Part shown: positions 10,200 through 19,885 of the stretch, in pieces | Layout of the letters: each line of letters starts with the position of its first letter | Position numbering within the stretch: position 1 is the stretch's first letter | Source of the DNA: an uncultured Caulobacteraceae bacterium | GTDB taxonomy: Bacteria > Pseudomonadota > Alphaproteobacteria > Caulobacterales > Aquidulcibacteraceae | DNA: 64,000 nt | Assembly: GCA_964530695.1 (NCBI GenBank) | Contig: CAZGYQ010000004.1 | Span: 4,725-68,724, forward strand | Direction of reading: 5' to 3' | Notes under the pieces: generated by a model | Databases searched by the model: none | The model's input: only the letters and a program-made list of their open reading frames with translations | What the model was told of the DNA's origin: nothing | Program-made: the position numbers and the translations under genes

Positions 10200-10694
10200 T
10201 CATGACGTGTCCGCCGCTTCGGCGCAGCGCGGCGGCGCGTTGCAGGCGAGCGTGAGCCGCGGCGGCGCGACGGCGACGAGCGCGCCGGTCGCCGCGGATT
10301 TCGGAACACGCGCGATGAGCCGCGTGACGACGGCGTCGATGTCGTCGAGCACGCGGCGGATGTCTTTCAGCGACCTGAGCTCAAGTCCGCGCGTGTAGAT
10401 CCTGCGCGGGCGGATGCTGCGCCAAGCATAGCGGAAGCCGCGCCGCGCGGACGGCGGACGCATCCAGCCGTGCTCGCGCCGCTGGAACGTCATCCTCGAC
10501 ACCATCATCACGAACACGAGATCACGCACCTGCGCGCGCGCCTCGATGGTCTCGCGCTGCACCTCAAGCCGCGCGTTGCGATCCCCGAACATCGCGACCC
10601 ACCACGCAAACACCTCCATCACCCAGAGCCGGAGGCTCTGCGCGGCGGCGCGGTATTTTGCGATGTGCTGGCGAAGGGGACGGCGGATCTGCAT
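10200..10694 (-). CDS. hypothetical Arg-rich protein
   Basis: ORF track 10200..10880. I prefer the internal start MQIRRPL.. at 10694, which is preceded by GAGGAG; the longer version would run into repeat B1. No motif recognised. Confidence 0.4.
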   Translation of the reverse strand: MQIRRPLRQHIAKYRAAAQSLRLWVMEVFAWWVAMFGDRNARLEVQRETIEARAQVRDLVFVMMVSRMTFQRREHGWMRPPSARRGFRYAWRSIRPRRIYTRGLELRSLKDIRRVLDDIDAVVTRLIARVPKSAATGALVAVAPPRLTLACNAPPRCAEAADTS

Positions 10695-10838
10695 GGGCTC
10701 CTCTCTGGAAAACGGAGGCATGATCTCACGCTCGGGAACCCGGTCGGATAGATTCACGTGCGATTTCGCTGTGCGCCTTGGGAGCCATGAAAGCGCATGC
10801 CGGAAATGTGTGGTGATCGATGCGCGCGTTCCCACACA

Positions 10839-10987
10839 TTTTCCCTCGCCCGCTTGCGGGAGAGGGATGGCCGAGCGCAAGCGAGGTCAGGGTGAGGGAA
10901 CAGTCGCTCAGGAAGAGTCTCGTCCTGCGACGCCGGCCCTCCCCCGGCGCTTCGCGCCACCCTCTCCCGCTGGCGGGAGAGGGAAAA
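10839..10987. repeat. family B MITE-like palindromic element (copy B1)
   Basis: The ends are self-complementary hairpins: tttt-ccctcgcccgc-tt-gcgggagaggg (left) and ccctctcccgc-tg-gcgggagaggg-aaaa (right). Inner arms ggccgagcgcaagcgagg..gggtgaggg / ccctcccccggcgcttcgcgcc are roughly inverted. Same architecture as 57855..58050. Confidence 0.8.
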
Positions 10988-11084
10988 CGCCTCCACCCAC
11001 CCTGCCCCAACGGCGCCGCTTGGCTTCGCGCCTGCCGCGCGCGTAAGGTGAAAGAAAACACGTCAAAACATGAGGGAGAGACGC

Positions 11085-12965
11085 ATGGCCGAAGGGCTGG
11101 GCAGCGGCGCGAGCCTGCCGCCGTTCAAGAAGCTGCCGCAGAAAGCGCCCGACGTGAGCGTCGACCGGCGGCCTGACGGCACGGTCTATCTGTGGGCCAA
11201 CCAGCCCCCCGGCGAACGCCCCCGCTCGATCCCGCACCTCCTGAACCAGCGCGCCGCCGAACACCCCGATCGCCCCTATCTGCGCCAGCGCCTGCCTGCG
11301 GCGCCCGGCGAGAAACTTGGCCCATGGCGGTCGGTCAGCTACGGCGAGGCCGCGCGTCTCTCGGACTCTCTCGCGCAGGCGCTGATCGATCTCGGCCTCG
11401 GCCCCGATGCGCCGCTGATGATCCTGTCGTCGAACTCCATCGAGCACGCACTCTTGATGTTCGGCGCGATGAAGGCGCGCGCGCCGGTGGCGCCGATGAG
11501 CGTGCCCTACTCGCTGATGAGCACGGACCACGGCAAGATCCGCTACGCCTACAACCTGCTGAAGCCGAAGGCGGTGTTCGTGCAGTCGTATGCGCCGTAC
11601 GCGAAGGCGATCGCGGCGCTGCAGGATGAAGCGGACGGCGCGCTCATCGTCATCAGCGCCGATGACGTCCCGCCGGAAGGCGTGAGACGGTATGCCGATC
11701 TCGCGAAGACGCCCGCAACGCCGGCAGTTGCGGCCTCGCTGGATCAGGTCGGCGACGAGACGGTCGCGAAATATCTCTTCACCTCCGGCTCGACCGGCAT
11801 GCCCAAGGGCGTGCCGCAGTACCAGCGCATGCTCACCGCCCAGATCGCCGGCGGCGAAGGCCTGCGCGATGAACCGCGCAATCCCGATCACATTCCCGAA
11901 GTGCTCGACTGGATGCCGTGGAACCACATCTCCGGCGCGAATGTATCTTTTAATGGAGCTCTGTATTCGGGCGCCATCTTCCACATCGACGAGGGCAAGC
12001 CGCTCCCCGGTATGTTCGAGACGACCATCGCCAATCTCTACGAGGTGAGCCCCGACGTGTTCGGCTCCGCACCCGTGGCCATCGGCATGCTCGTCGACGC
12101 GATGGAGCAGGATCCGAAACTGCGCACGTCGTTCTTCAAGAACCTGCGCAGCTGCGGCTACGGCGGCGCGACGCTTTCGGATGACCTCTATGGTCGCATC
12201 CAGGCGCTTGCGATCGCCGAAACCGGCCACCGCATTCCGGTGACGACGATGTACGGCTCCACCGAGGCGCAGGGCATCACGGTGGTGCACTGGGAAGTGG
12301 AGCGCGTGGGGCTGATCGGCCTGCCGCTGCCGGGCATGAAGCTCAAGCTCGTGCCGTCGGGCGACAAGCTCGAGGTGCGCGTGAAGGGCCCGACGGTGAC
12401 GACCGGCTATCACAACGACGCTGAAAAGACCGCCGCCGCCTTCGACGAGGAAGGCTTCTACAAGCTCGGCGACGCGTGCCGCTTCGTCGATCCGGCCGAT
12501 CCCGCGCAGGGCCTCATTTTCGACGGCCGCGTGACGGAGGACTTCAAGCTCTCCAGCGGCACGTGGGTGTCCGTCGGCACGCTCAGGCCCGACGTGGTCG
12601 CCGCGTGCAGCCCGTGGGTGTTCGACGCGGTGATTGTGGGCCAGGACAAGACGTTCATCGGCGCGCTAGTGTGGCCCTCGCCCGCAGCGATGCAACTCCT
12701 CGCAAATGAACCGTCCGATGTGCCGCCCCTGCAACGCCTCGTCGCGCGCATCACCGCCGGCATGAAGGCGCACAACGACGCCGCCACGGGCTCCTCGCGC
12801 CGCATCGCGCGGTTCACCGTACTGACCGAGCCGCCGTCCATCGACGCCGGCGAGATCACCGACAAGGGCTATGTGAACCAGCGGCTCACCATGGAGCGCC
12901 GCAAGGCGCAGGTCGACGCGCTGTTCGCCGAGCCGCCGGGCCCCGGCGTGATCGTGGTCGCGTGA
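11085..12965 (+). CDS. AMP-dependent CoA ligase, feruloyl-CoA synthase-like
   Basis: About 626 aa. Motif [14 protein letters not shown] and the long N-terminal region typical of the ~620-aa Fcs-type ligases. ATG at 11085 is preceded by GGGAGAG; the alternative start is 11070 (ORF track). Confidence 0.75.
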   Translation: MAEGLGSGASLPPFKKLPQKAPDVSVDRRPDGTVYLWANQPPGERPRSIPHLLNQRAAEHPDRPYLRQRLPAAPGEKLGPWRSVSYGEAARLSDSLAQALIDLGLGPDAPLMILSSNSIEHALLMFGAMKARAPVAPMSVPYSLMSTDHGKIRYAYNLLKPKAVFVQSYAPYAKAIAALQDEADGALIVISADDVPPEGVRRYADLAKTPATPAVAASLDQVGDETVAKYLFTSGSTGMPKGVPQYQRMLTAQIAGGEGLRDEPRNPDHIPEVLDWMPWNHISGANVSFNGALYSGAIFHIDEGKPLPGMFETTIANLYEVSPDVFGSAPVAIGMLVDAMEQDPKLRTSFFKNLRSCGYGGATLSDDLYGRIQALAIAETGHRIPVTTMYGSTEAQGITVVHWEVERVGLIGLPLPGMKLKLVPSGDKLEVRVKGPTVTTGYHNDAEKTAAAFDEEGFYKLGDACRFVDPADPAQGLIFDGRVTEDFKLSSGTWVSVGTLRPDVVAACSPWVFDAVIVGQDKTFIGALVWPSPAAMQLLANEPSDVPPLQRLVARITAGMKAHNDAATGSSRRIARFTVLTEPPSIDAGEITDKGYVNQRLTMERRKAQVDALFAEPPGPGVIVVA

Positions 12966-12975
12966 TGGCGACCCC

Positions 12976-14153
12976 GTGATCCGGCGCGCGCTTTTTCTCG
13001 CGGCGGCGTTGCTTGGTGCGTCCGCGCTCGCGCAGGATGCTGAGAATGCCGTCCCGCCGCCGCCAATGATCGATAGATTGCCCGACGTAGGCGCGCCCGT
13101 ATCGAAAACCGATGGCGGAAACCACGCGCAAGCGTTGGCGATGATGGGGCGGGAAGACCGCGTCGACGCTACAGCTCGGCTTCGCAACACCTGCGTTCTC
13201 ACAAACGACAACGACGCTGTGACCACGATCGCAGAGGCCGCAAGGACCACTCAAGTGGTCATGATCAACGAGGCCCACGATTCACCCCGTGATCGTGCGC
13301 TCATCGCGGATGTGGCGGAAGCTCTCTCGAAGATTGGCTACAATACCTACGCGGCGGAGACACTGAGGGGCGAACAACCCTTTGACATGCCCCCACACCC
13401 CGCAAAGGAAACCGGTTTCTATGCACAGGAGCCAACTTTCGGTGCGCTGTTGCGCAAGATCGGCATGTTGGGGTTTGCGGCCGTTCCGTATGAGTCCCGA
13501 GGTCCGCGATCCGAAGGTAGACACTTCACGGACGCGATGAACGCCCGCGAGAATGAGCAAGCCTCGAATCTTATAAACCGCACGGTGCGCGACCAGCGAG
13601 ACCTGAAGGTCCTCGTACACGTCGGCTACAGCCATAACCGCGAACGTGTTGAATCTCGTGATCGCCGCGAGATTCGCTGGCTCGCCCTGCGCTTCAAGGA
13701 AATCACCGGCATCGATCCGCTGACCGTCGACCAGACGACCTTCGTCTCGGACAGGACTGGCATCTGCGCATCGAACTCCGACGGCTCGGCGCTGCCCATC
13801 GATCGTGACATCTTCGTCGCCCATGCACCGCTCGCGTTCGAACGCGGGCGCCCGACGTGGCGTCTCGCGCGCGGGCAGCGGTTTGCGGAGATCCCGCAGG
13901 CGCTGAAGCGGCCGAACGAGCGCGTGATCTACGAAGCGCGCTACGCTGACGAGCCCGACGACGCCGTCCCCGCCGACCGCATCCTCGTCGATCCCGGCGA
14001 GGACATCCCGCTCCTGCTCGCGCCCGGCCGCTATCGTGTGCGGGCATGGACGCAAGACGGCGCTTGGACGCGCAGCGTGCCTTTGACCGTCGCCGCGCCG
14101 ACGCCGCCCGCGCCGCAGAAGGCGCGCCCGAAATCCCAACGGAGGAAGAAGAC

Positions 14154-14157
<4 letters not shown>
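12976..14157 (+). CDS. secreted protein with ChaN/erythromycin-esterase (Tiki superfamily)-like motifs
   Basis: 393 aa. Signal peptide MIRRALFLAAALLGASALAQD. Spaced motifs VVMINEAHDSPRDR, ARENEQASNL and LVHVGYSH resemble the GExH / R-D/E-x-x-M/A-x-N / H-x-G-x-x-H pattern of that superfamily (by eye only). Lys/Arg-rich C-terminus. Confidence 0.55.
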
Positions 14158-15083
<926 letters not shown>

Positions 15084-15095
15084 TCATCCCGATTT

Positions 15096-15243
15096 GCCGT
15101 GCTTCCCCGTGAGGGGAAGCTGTCAGTGCGCAGCACTGACTGATGGGGCGGTAAGCCGGCTATCAACGATCAGCCGCCGCCCCATCCGTCACGCCGCTCT
15201 GCGGCGCGCCACCTTCCCCTCACGGGGAAGGACGGATTCGCGC
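15096..15243. repeat. family A five-hairpin element (copy A1) at a convergent junction
   Basis: Hairpins in order: cttcccc-gtga-ggggaag; gtcagtgc-gca-gcactgac; gatggggcgg-(25 nt)-ccgccccatc; cgccgc-tct-gcggcg; cttcccc-tcac-ggggaag. Collinear with 49395..49540. Confidence 0.9.
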
Positions 15244-15244
15244 G

Positions 15245-15760
15245 TTACTCGCGTCGCACCTTCACGACGTCACTCATGTCCGGCGGCGGTCCGCCGGGCA
15301 TGATCGGGCGGGCGGGCCAGCCGCCCATGGCGATGGCGCGATCGTACATCACGAGCGCGCCGGCGAGCCCGACGTTGAGGCAGAATTTCGTCGGGATCTT
15401 CACCACGTGTGCGCAGCGCGCGACGGTTTCCGGCGACAGCGATCCGCGTTCACGGCCGAGCACGTAAGCCGCCGCGGGCGGATGGCGGAAGGTGGGCAGA
15501 TCCACCGCCTCGTCGAGCAGTTCCACGCCGACGAGCACGCAGCCTTTCGGCAGGCGCATATCCTCGACGGAATCGTATGGATAGTACGGCACGTGATCGA
15601 ACGCCTTCGAGGTATCGCTGCGATAGGCGTCGCGGACCTTCGGCGCGGCGTTGAGCGTGAAGAAGAAGCTCGCGCCGAACGCGTGCGCGGTGCGCATCAG
15701 CGCGCCGAGGTTCATGGGCTTCGAGATTTCCTCCGCCCCGATTCCGAAATAGCCGCGCAT
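15245..15760 (-). CDS. SpoU/TrmH-family RNA 2'-O-methyltransferase
   Basis: 171 aa. N-terminus MRGYFGIGAEEISKPMNLGALMRTAHAFGA and C-terminal LNVGLAGALVMYD match the SPOUT fold pattern. Confidence 0.8.
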   Translation of the reverse strand: MRGYFGIGAEEISKPMNLGALMRTAHAFGASFFFTLNAAPKVRDAYRSDTSKAFDHVPYYPYDSVEDMRLPKGCVLVGVELLDEAVDLPTFRHPPAAAYVLGRERGSLSPETVARCAHVVKIPTKFCLNVGLAGALVMYDRAIAMGGWPARPIMPGGPPPDMSDVVKVRRE

Positions 15761-16911
15761 CCGATACCCTCAAACGGCGCGGGCTCACGTTTTCCCGCAC
15801 CGACAGTCTCCGCCATCAGCCAGCGCACGACTTCCTGCATCGCGCCGGCGGGGGCGGCCCCTTTGGCCCTCTCGACGCGGAAGATGTCAAGCTGACGATC
15901 GGCGCTCGCGCCGCGCGCGAGGATGACATCCACGTGGGCGAGTTCGCTCAGGCAGCCGAACCGCCGCGCATAGGGCCGCAGCGCCAGGGTCAATGCCGTG
16001 ATGCGTTCGCGAACGGGCGTGACGGCGCTGGTGGCGCTGTCGATGTACGGGGCCGCGAGACCGTGACGCTGCACGCGCCAGAGATTTTCCTCCGCGATGG
16101 CGAGCTCGACCGCGCCGTTGCGCACCTCGCCGAGCTTCTCTTCGACCAGCCACGCAAGCAGGCACTGATAGACCGCAGCGATCGCCGCCGTATCGTCGAC
16201 GGATGTGCATGCATCGGCGATGCGTAGCTCAAGGGTGGGATAGGTAAGAGACGGCCGTATCGCCCACCAGATATGCGAGGCGTCGGGAATGACCCGCGCG
16301 CCCACGAGCGTCGCGACGTAGTCGTCGTATTGCGCCTGCGTCGACAGCGACGGCGGCAGACCCGTGCGCGGCAGTTCGCGGTAGGCCGCCAGCCGGTAGG
16401 CGATGAGCCCGGTATCGCGTCCCTCCCAGAACGGCGACGAGGAAGAGAGCGCCAGCAGCATCGGCAGGAACGGCAACACCCGGTTCATCAGCGCAACGCG
16501 ATCGGTTCCCGCCGGCGGCGCCACATGAACGTGCATGCCGCAGACGAGATTGCGCAGGCCGATCATGCCGAGATCACGGTTGATGCGTCCGTAGCGGGCC
16601 TTTTTCGTCAGCTTCTGTTCGCGCCACAACGCCACGGGGTTGGTGCCGGCGGCGGCGATGCCGACATCGTAGTTTTCCCCGACCGCGGCGACGGCGCGAC
16701 GCAGTGCGCGCAGTTCGTCGCGTGCGTCCCGGATCTTTGCGTGCGGGCGGGTGATGATCTCCAGCTGGCACTGCAGCATTTCACGCTGCACGCTTTCGCC
16801 ACACCGCTGCTGCGCTTCCGAGAAGAAGTTTTCGTTCATCCGCGCCAGCGGCGCGCAATCGCGAAGATCGAACAGGAAGAACTCTTCTTCGATCCCGATC
16901 GTGTAGACCAT
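15712..16911 (-). CDS. carboxylate-amine ligase (YbdK / GCS2 family)
   Basis: Starts MVYTIGIEEEFFLFD (GCS2 N-terminal signature). ATG at 16911 is preceded by AGGAG with a 5-nt spacer. The 3' end overlaps the next gene start by 49 nt. The ORF track extends to 17061. Confidence 0.85.
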   Translation of the reverse strand: MVYTIGIEEEFFLFDLRDCAPLARMNENFFSEAQQRCGESVQREMLQCQLEIITRPHAKIRDARDELRALRRAVAAVGENYDVGIAAAGTNPVALWREQKLTKKARYGRINRDLGMIGLRNLVCGMHVHVAPPAGTDRVALMNRVLPFLPMLLALSSSSPFWEGRDTGLIAYRLAAYRELPRTGLPPSLSTQAQYDDYVATLVGARVIPDASHIWWAIRPSLTYPTLELRIADACTSVDDTAAIAAVYQCLLAWLVEEKLGEVRNGAVELAIAEENLWRVQRHGLAAPYIDSATSAVTPVRERITALTLALRPYARRFGCLSELAHVDVILARGASADRQLDIFRVERAKGAAPAGAMQEVVRWLMAETVGAGKREPAPFEGIGCAAISESGRRKSRSP

Positions 16912-17129
16912 GCCGGCTCCTGTCATTTTGGCGAAGGGCGCCGTGAGGCCGCCGCGGGCCTGACGCCCTGTCCTGCAGGCGTCCGGCCACGAACGCGGCA
17001 GCCATGCCGCAGAGAGCGACGGCATGCGCCGTGCTTGGCTTTTGACATAGGCACGCGTCAAGGCGTCGCAAGGAAAAGTGACGAGAGCTTAATCAAAACC
17101 CGCCAAGGCGCAGCAACGATGGCGACCCG

Positions 17130-17456
17130 TCAGCCTTGCGAATTCAACTTGCAATGCGTGCGCGGGCCGCCCGGCATGCCGGTGAGCGAAACATCATCGT
17201 CTGTCATGTCCAGGACGACCCCGCCGCGCGTGTAGACGGAGGGCCTGCGGCTGTCGCGAGACTTGACGATGAGCTGGCGATCGCCCGCAGTCACCGAGAG
17301 CACGTCATCCTGCAGGAACATCGATAGAATGAATGTCTTGCCGTCGTCGCACGCATAGGTCTGCGGCGGCGGCCCGTTCGGCATCGCGTTCGTGTCGTCG
17401 TAGGTCTCGCACGCGCACAGCAGCGTCGCGACCGCGAACATCAATATCACCTTCAT
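17130..17456 (-). CDS. small lipoprotein, MliC-like (C-type lysozyme inhibitor family)
   Basis: 108 aa from MKVILMFAVATLLCAC (lipobox). Y-x-C-DDGK ... C pattern with a beta-rich middle. Its ATG overlaps the asparaginase stop (ATGA at 17453..17456). Confidence 0.5.
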   Translation of the reverse strand: MKVILMFAVATLLCACETYDDTNAMPNGPPPQTYACDDGKTFILSMFLQDDVLSVTAGDRQLIVKSRDSRRPSVYTRGGVVLDMTDDDVSLTGMPGGPRTHCKLNSQG

Positions 17457-18337
17457 CGAAACGTCCTCACGTCCCGCACGCCGCTCGCGGTGGCGACCGC
17501 GCGCTTCATGCCCTCGCTGACAAAAGGCGTCGCCACCTCGCCGTCCGCATCCACCGCAATCAGCCCGCCGTCGCCGCCGAGCGCCGCCATGTCCGCAAGC
17601 GCGCCGGCCGCGGCCGCATGCAACGACTGCCGTGCGTAGAGAATGCGCGAAGTTACATCGGCGGCGACATTGGCGCGGATGAACAGTTCGCCCTGCCCGG
17701 TGCAGGAGACGGCGCACCGCGTGTCCGCCCATGTGCCGGCGCCGATGAGCGGGGTATCGCCGATGCGGCCGGGCATCTTGTTCAGCAGACCGCCCGTGGA
17801 CGTCGCCGCCGCAAGACGGCCCGCGCGATCCTTCACGACGGCGCCTACGGTGCCGTGCGCGAGTTCGCCGGGCCTCACGACACGCGACGTGGCGGGCGTG
17901 TACCAGGCGTGCGGATCCTCGACGTGTTTCAGCCCGTGCTTTTCCGCAAACGCCGCGGCGCCTGCGCCCGCGAGCAGCACGTGCGGCGTGTGCTCCATCA
18001 CCGCGCGCGCGACATCCACCGGCGATTCAAACCCCACGAGCGCCGCGACCGCGCCCGCCTTGCGCGTGGCGCCGTCCATGATCGCCGCATCGAGTTCCCA
18101 CACGCCGTCCGCATTTGGCGACGCGCCCTTGCCGGCGAGGTGGAACCCGCACGCCTCCAGCGCCCTGACCATCGCGGTGGCCACATCGAGCGCCGCCGCG
18201 CCGCTTTCGAGCAGGTCCGCGCCCTCCTCGAGCAGCGCGCGCATGTGCGCTTCCTCGGATTCGTAGGTCTTCGAGCGGACCGGTCCCGCCCCGCCGTGCA
18301 ACGCCATCGCCCAGATTTGTTTTGGGGCTTGCGCCAT
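17453..18337 (-). CDS. isoaspartyl peptidase / L-asparaginase (Ntn hydrolase)
   Basis: 294 aa from MAQAPKQIWAMALHGGAG. Nucleophile region HGTVGAVVKD, then GDTPLIGAGT. The ORF-track N-terminal extension (to 18727) is Arg-rich and implausible. Confidence 0.85.
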   Translation of the reverse strand: MAQAPKQIWAMALHGGAGPVRSKTYESEEAHMRALLEEGADLLESGAAALDVATAMVRALEACGFHLAGKGASPNADGVWELDAAIMDGATRKAGAVAALVGFESPVDVARAVMEHTPHVLLAGAGAAAFAEKHGLKHVEDPHAWYTPATSRVVRPGELAHGTVGAVVKDRAGRLAAATSTGGLLNKMPGRIGDTPLIGAGTWADTRCAVSCTGQGELFIRANVAADVTSRILYARQSLHAAAAGALADMAALGGDGGLIAVDADGEVATPFVSEGMKRAVATASGVRDVRTFR

Positions 18338-18354
18338 GTTGGTTGCTCCCGATC

Positions 18355-18657
18355 CTATTTTTTCACCGGCGGTGTCTTCGGCGATGAAGCCTTCGCGCCG
18401 CCGAACAGGAAGCCCTGCTTGTAGCCCACATAGACCGCGATGAGAGTCGCGGTTGGCACGAAGCCGTCGAGTTGATCGAGCGGGTCGGCGAGTTCGCCCA
18501 GATAGACCAGCCCGGGCCAGCCCCACAGGCCGACCAGCACGAGCGATCCAAGCCCTTCCCCGACCGAGCCGACGCCGGGCACGCGGCCGAGGGTGAAATC
18601 CACAAGATCGATCGCTACGGAGATCGCGAGACGGACGAAATAGCCGGTTCTGGTCAT
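18355..18657 (-). CDS. small hydrophobic membrane protein, unknown function
   Basis: This is the 3'-terminal 100 codons of track ORF 18355..19746 (MTRTGYFVRLAISVAIDLVDF...). It has two or three hydrophobic segments. The rest of that ORF is antisense to the quinone oxidoreductase gene. Confidence 0.5.
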   Translation of the reverse strand: MTRTGYFVRLAISVAIDLVDFTLGRVPGVGSVGEGLGSLVLVGLWGWPGLVYLGELADPLDQLDGFVPTATLIAVYVGYKQGFLFGGAKASSPKTPPVKK

Positions 18658-18741
18658 CACGATTGTTCTTCCGGGGCCTTGCTTCACGTTGCGTCGCGCC
18701 CGTTCTAACGTGTTCCGGACATCCCACGAAAGGACCACACG

Positions 18742-19743
18742 ATGAAGGCGCTCCTCAGCACCGCGGCCGGCGGACCCGAAACCCTTGTGCTCTCGGACGC
18801 GCCCTCGCCGACCGCCGGCGCCGGCGAGGTGGTGATCTCGGTGAAGGCCGTGGGCGTGAACTTCCCCGACGTGCTGATCATCCAGGATATGTACCAGTTC
18901 AAGCCGGACCGTCCCTTCGCGCCGGGCGGCGAAATCGCGGGCGTGGTGAAGAGCGTCGGCGAAGGCGTCACTGCGCTGAAGCCGGGCGACCGCGTGCTGG
19001 GCTCCACGGGCTGGGGCGGGATGGCGGAAGAGCTCGCGCTGCATGCGGGCCGCGTGCGGAAAATCCCTGACGCCATGCCCTTCGACGAAGCGGCGGCGTT
19101 CCTGATGACCTACGGCACCTCGCACTACGGGCTGAAGGATCGCGCCGCCATCAAACCGGGCGAGAGCCTTCTGGTGCTCGGCGCCGCGGGCGGCGTGGGG
19201 ATCGCGGCGGTGGAACTCGGCAAGGCGATGGGCGCAAAGGTGATCGCTGCGGCGTCGACGCAGGCGAAGGTCGATTTCGCCATTGCGTGCGGCGCCGACG
19301 AAGGCATCGTCTATCCGGCCAAGCTCGACGAGGAGGATCGTGCGGCGACGAAGGCGCTCTCGGAAGCGTTCAAGAAGGCCGGCGGCGGCGGCGTGGACGT
19401 GGTGTACGACGCGGTCGGCGGCGCCTACGCGGAACCCGCATTGCGCGCAATGAACTGGGAGGGCCGATTCCTTGTGATCGGATTCCCGGCCGGCATCCCG
19501 AAGATCCCGCTGAACCTCACCCTCCTGAAGAGCTGCCAGATCGTCGGCGTGTTCTGGGGCGCGTTCGTGGCCCGCCACCCGAAGGAAAATGACGGCAACG
19601 TCGCCGAACTCTTCGACCTCTACGCCAAGGGCAAGATCAAGCCGCGGGTGTCGGCCCACTTCCCGCTGGAGCGCGGCGGTGAAGCCATCCGCCACCTCGC
19701 CGACCGCAAGGTCCAAGGCAAGGTTGTTGTGACCATTGGGTGA
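18742..19743 (+). CDS. NADPH:quinone oxidoreductase (MDR/zinc-type alcohol dehydrogenase superfamily)
   Basis: 333 aa. GVNFPD, LVLGAAGGVGIAAVELGKAMGAKV (Rossmann) and KGKVVV C-terminus. Confidence 0.85.
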   Translation: MKALLSTAAGGPETLVLSDAPSPTAGAGEVVISVKAVGVNFPDVLIIQDMYQFKPDRPFAPGGEIAGVVKSVGEGVTALKPGDRVLGSTGWGGMAEELALHAGRVRKIPDAMPFDEAAAFLMTYGTSHYGLKDRAAIKPGESLLVLGAAGGVGIAAVELGKAMGAKVIAAASTQAKVDFAIACGADEGIVYPAKLDEEDRAATKALSEAFKKAGGGGVDVVYDAVGGAYAEPALRAMNWEGRFLVIGFPAGIPKIPLNLTLLKSCQIVGVFWGAFVARHPKENDGNVAELFDLYAKGKIKPRVSAHFPLERGGEAIRHLADRKVQGKVVVTIG

Positions 19744-19885
19744 CACCCTGCGGAGACTTTGCTGATTCGCTCACCGGAAACGCGAATCCGGCTGTCGTGA
19801 ACCCGCGACTGGCCCGATAGGCTTCACCCAGTTGTCACGTCGCCCATGAGGGGCGGCGCGCACGGCCACACGCGGGCCAGTCAGA

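Noticed and set aside
10200-10694. Homology between the two orphan Arg-rich ORF products (10200..10694 and 58120..58845).
   Set aside because: By eye there are only patchy resemblances (an Ala/Leu/Met-rich helix followed by an RR-rich segment, and a C-terminal L..RL..R helix), and both have biased composition. I do not claim homology without an alignment statistic.
10908-12413. A 501-aa minus-strand ORF.
   Set aside because: It is antisense to the fcs-like CoA ligase gene and begins inside repeat B1. No motif recognised.
6621-12965. Three consecutive AMP-dependent ligase genes as a possible NRPS/PKS-like or novel biosynthetic cluster.
   Set aside because: There are no carrier-protein, condensation, ketosynthase or tailoring genes. 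The ligases are ordinary fatty-acid or aromatic-acid CoA ligase types, and the third is separated from the others by a hypothetical ORF and repeats.
18658-19746. The upstream 363 codons of the 463-aa minus-strand ORF.
   Set aside because: It is antisense to a well-supported quinone oxidoreductase gene. Only the last 100 codons (18355..18657), which lie in otherwise non-coding space, are kept as a possible gene.
19744-19885. A possible riboswitch (cobalamin, TPP and similar) in the 140-nt leader of the TonB-dependent receptor gene.
   Set aside because: I saw no B12-box-like or TPP-like conserved core by eye. A cmscan against Rfam would be needed to exclude it formally.
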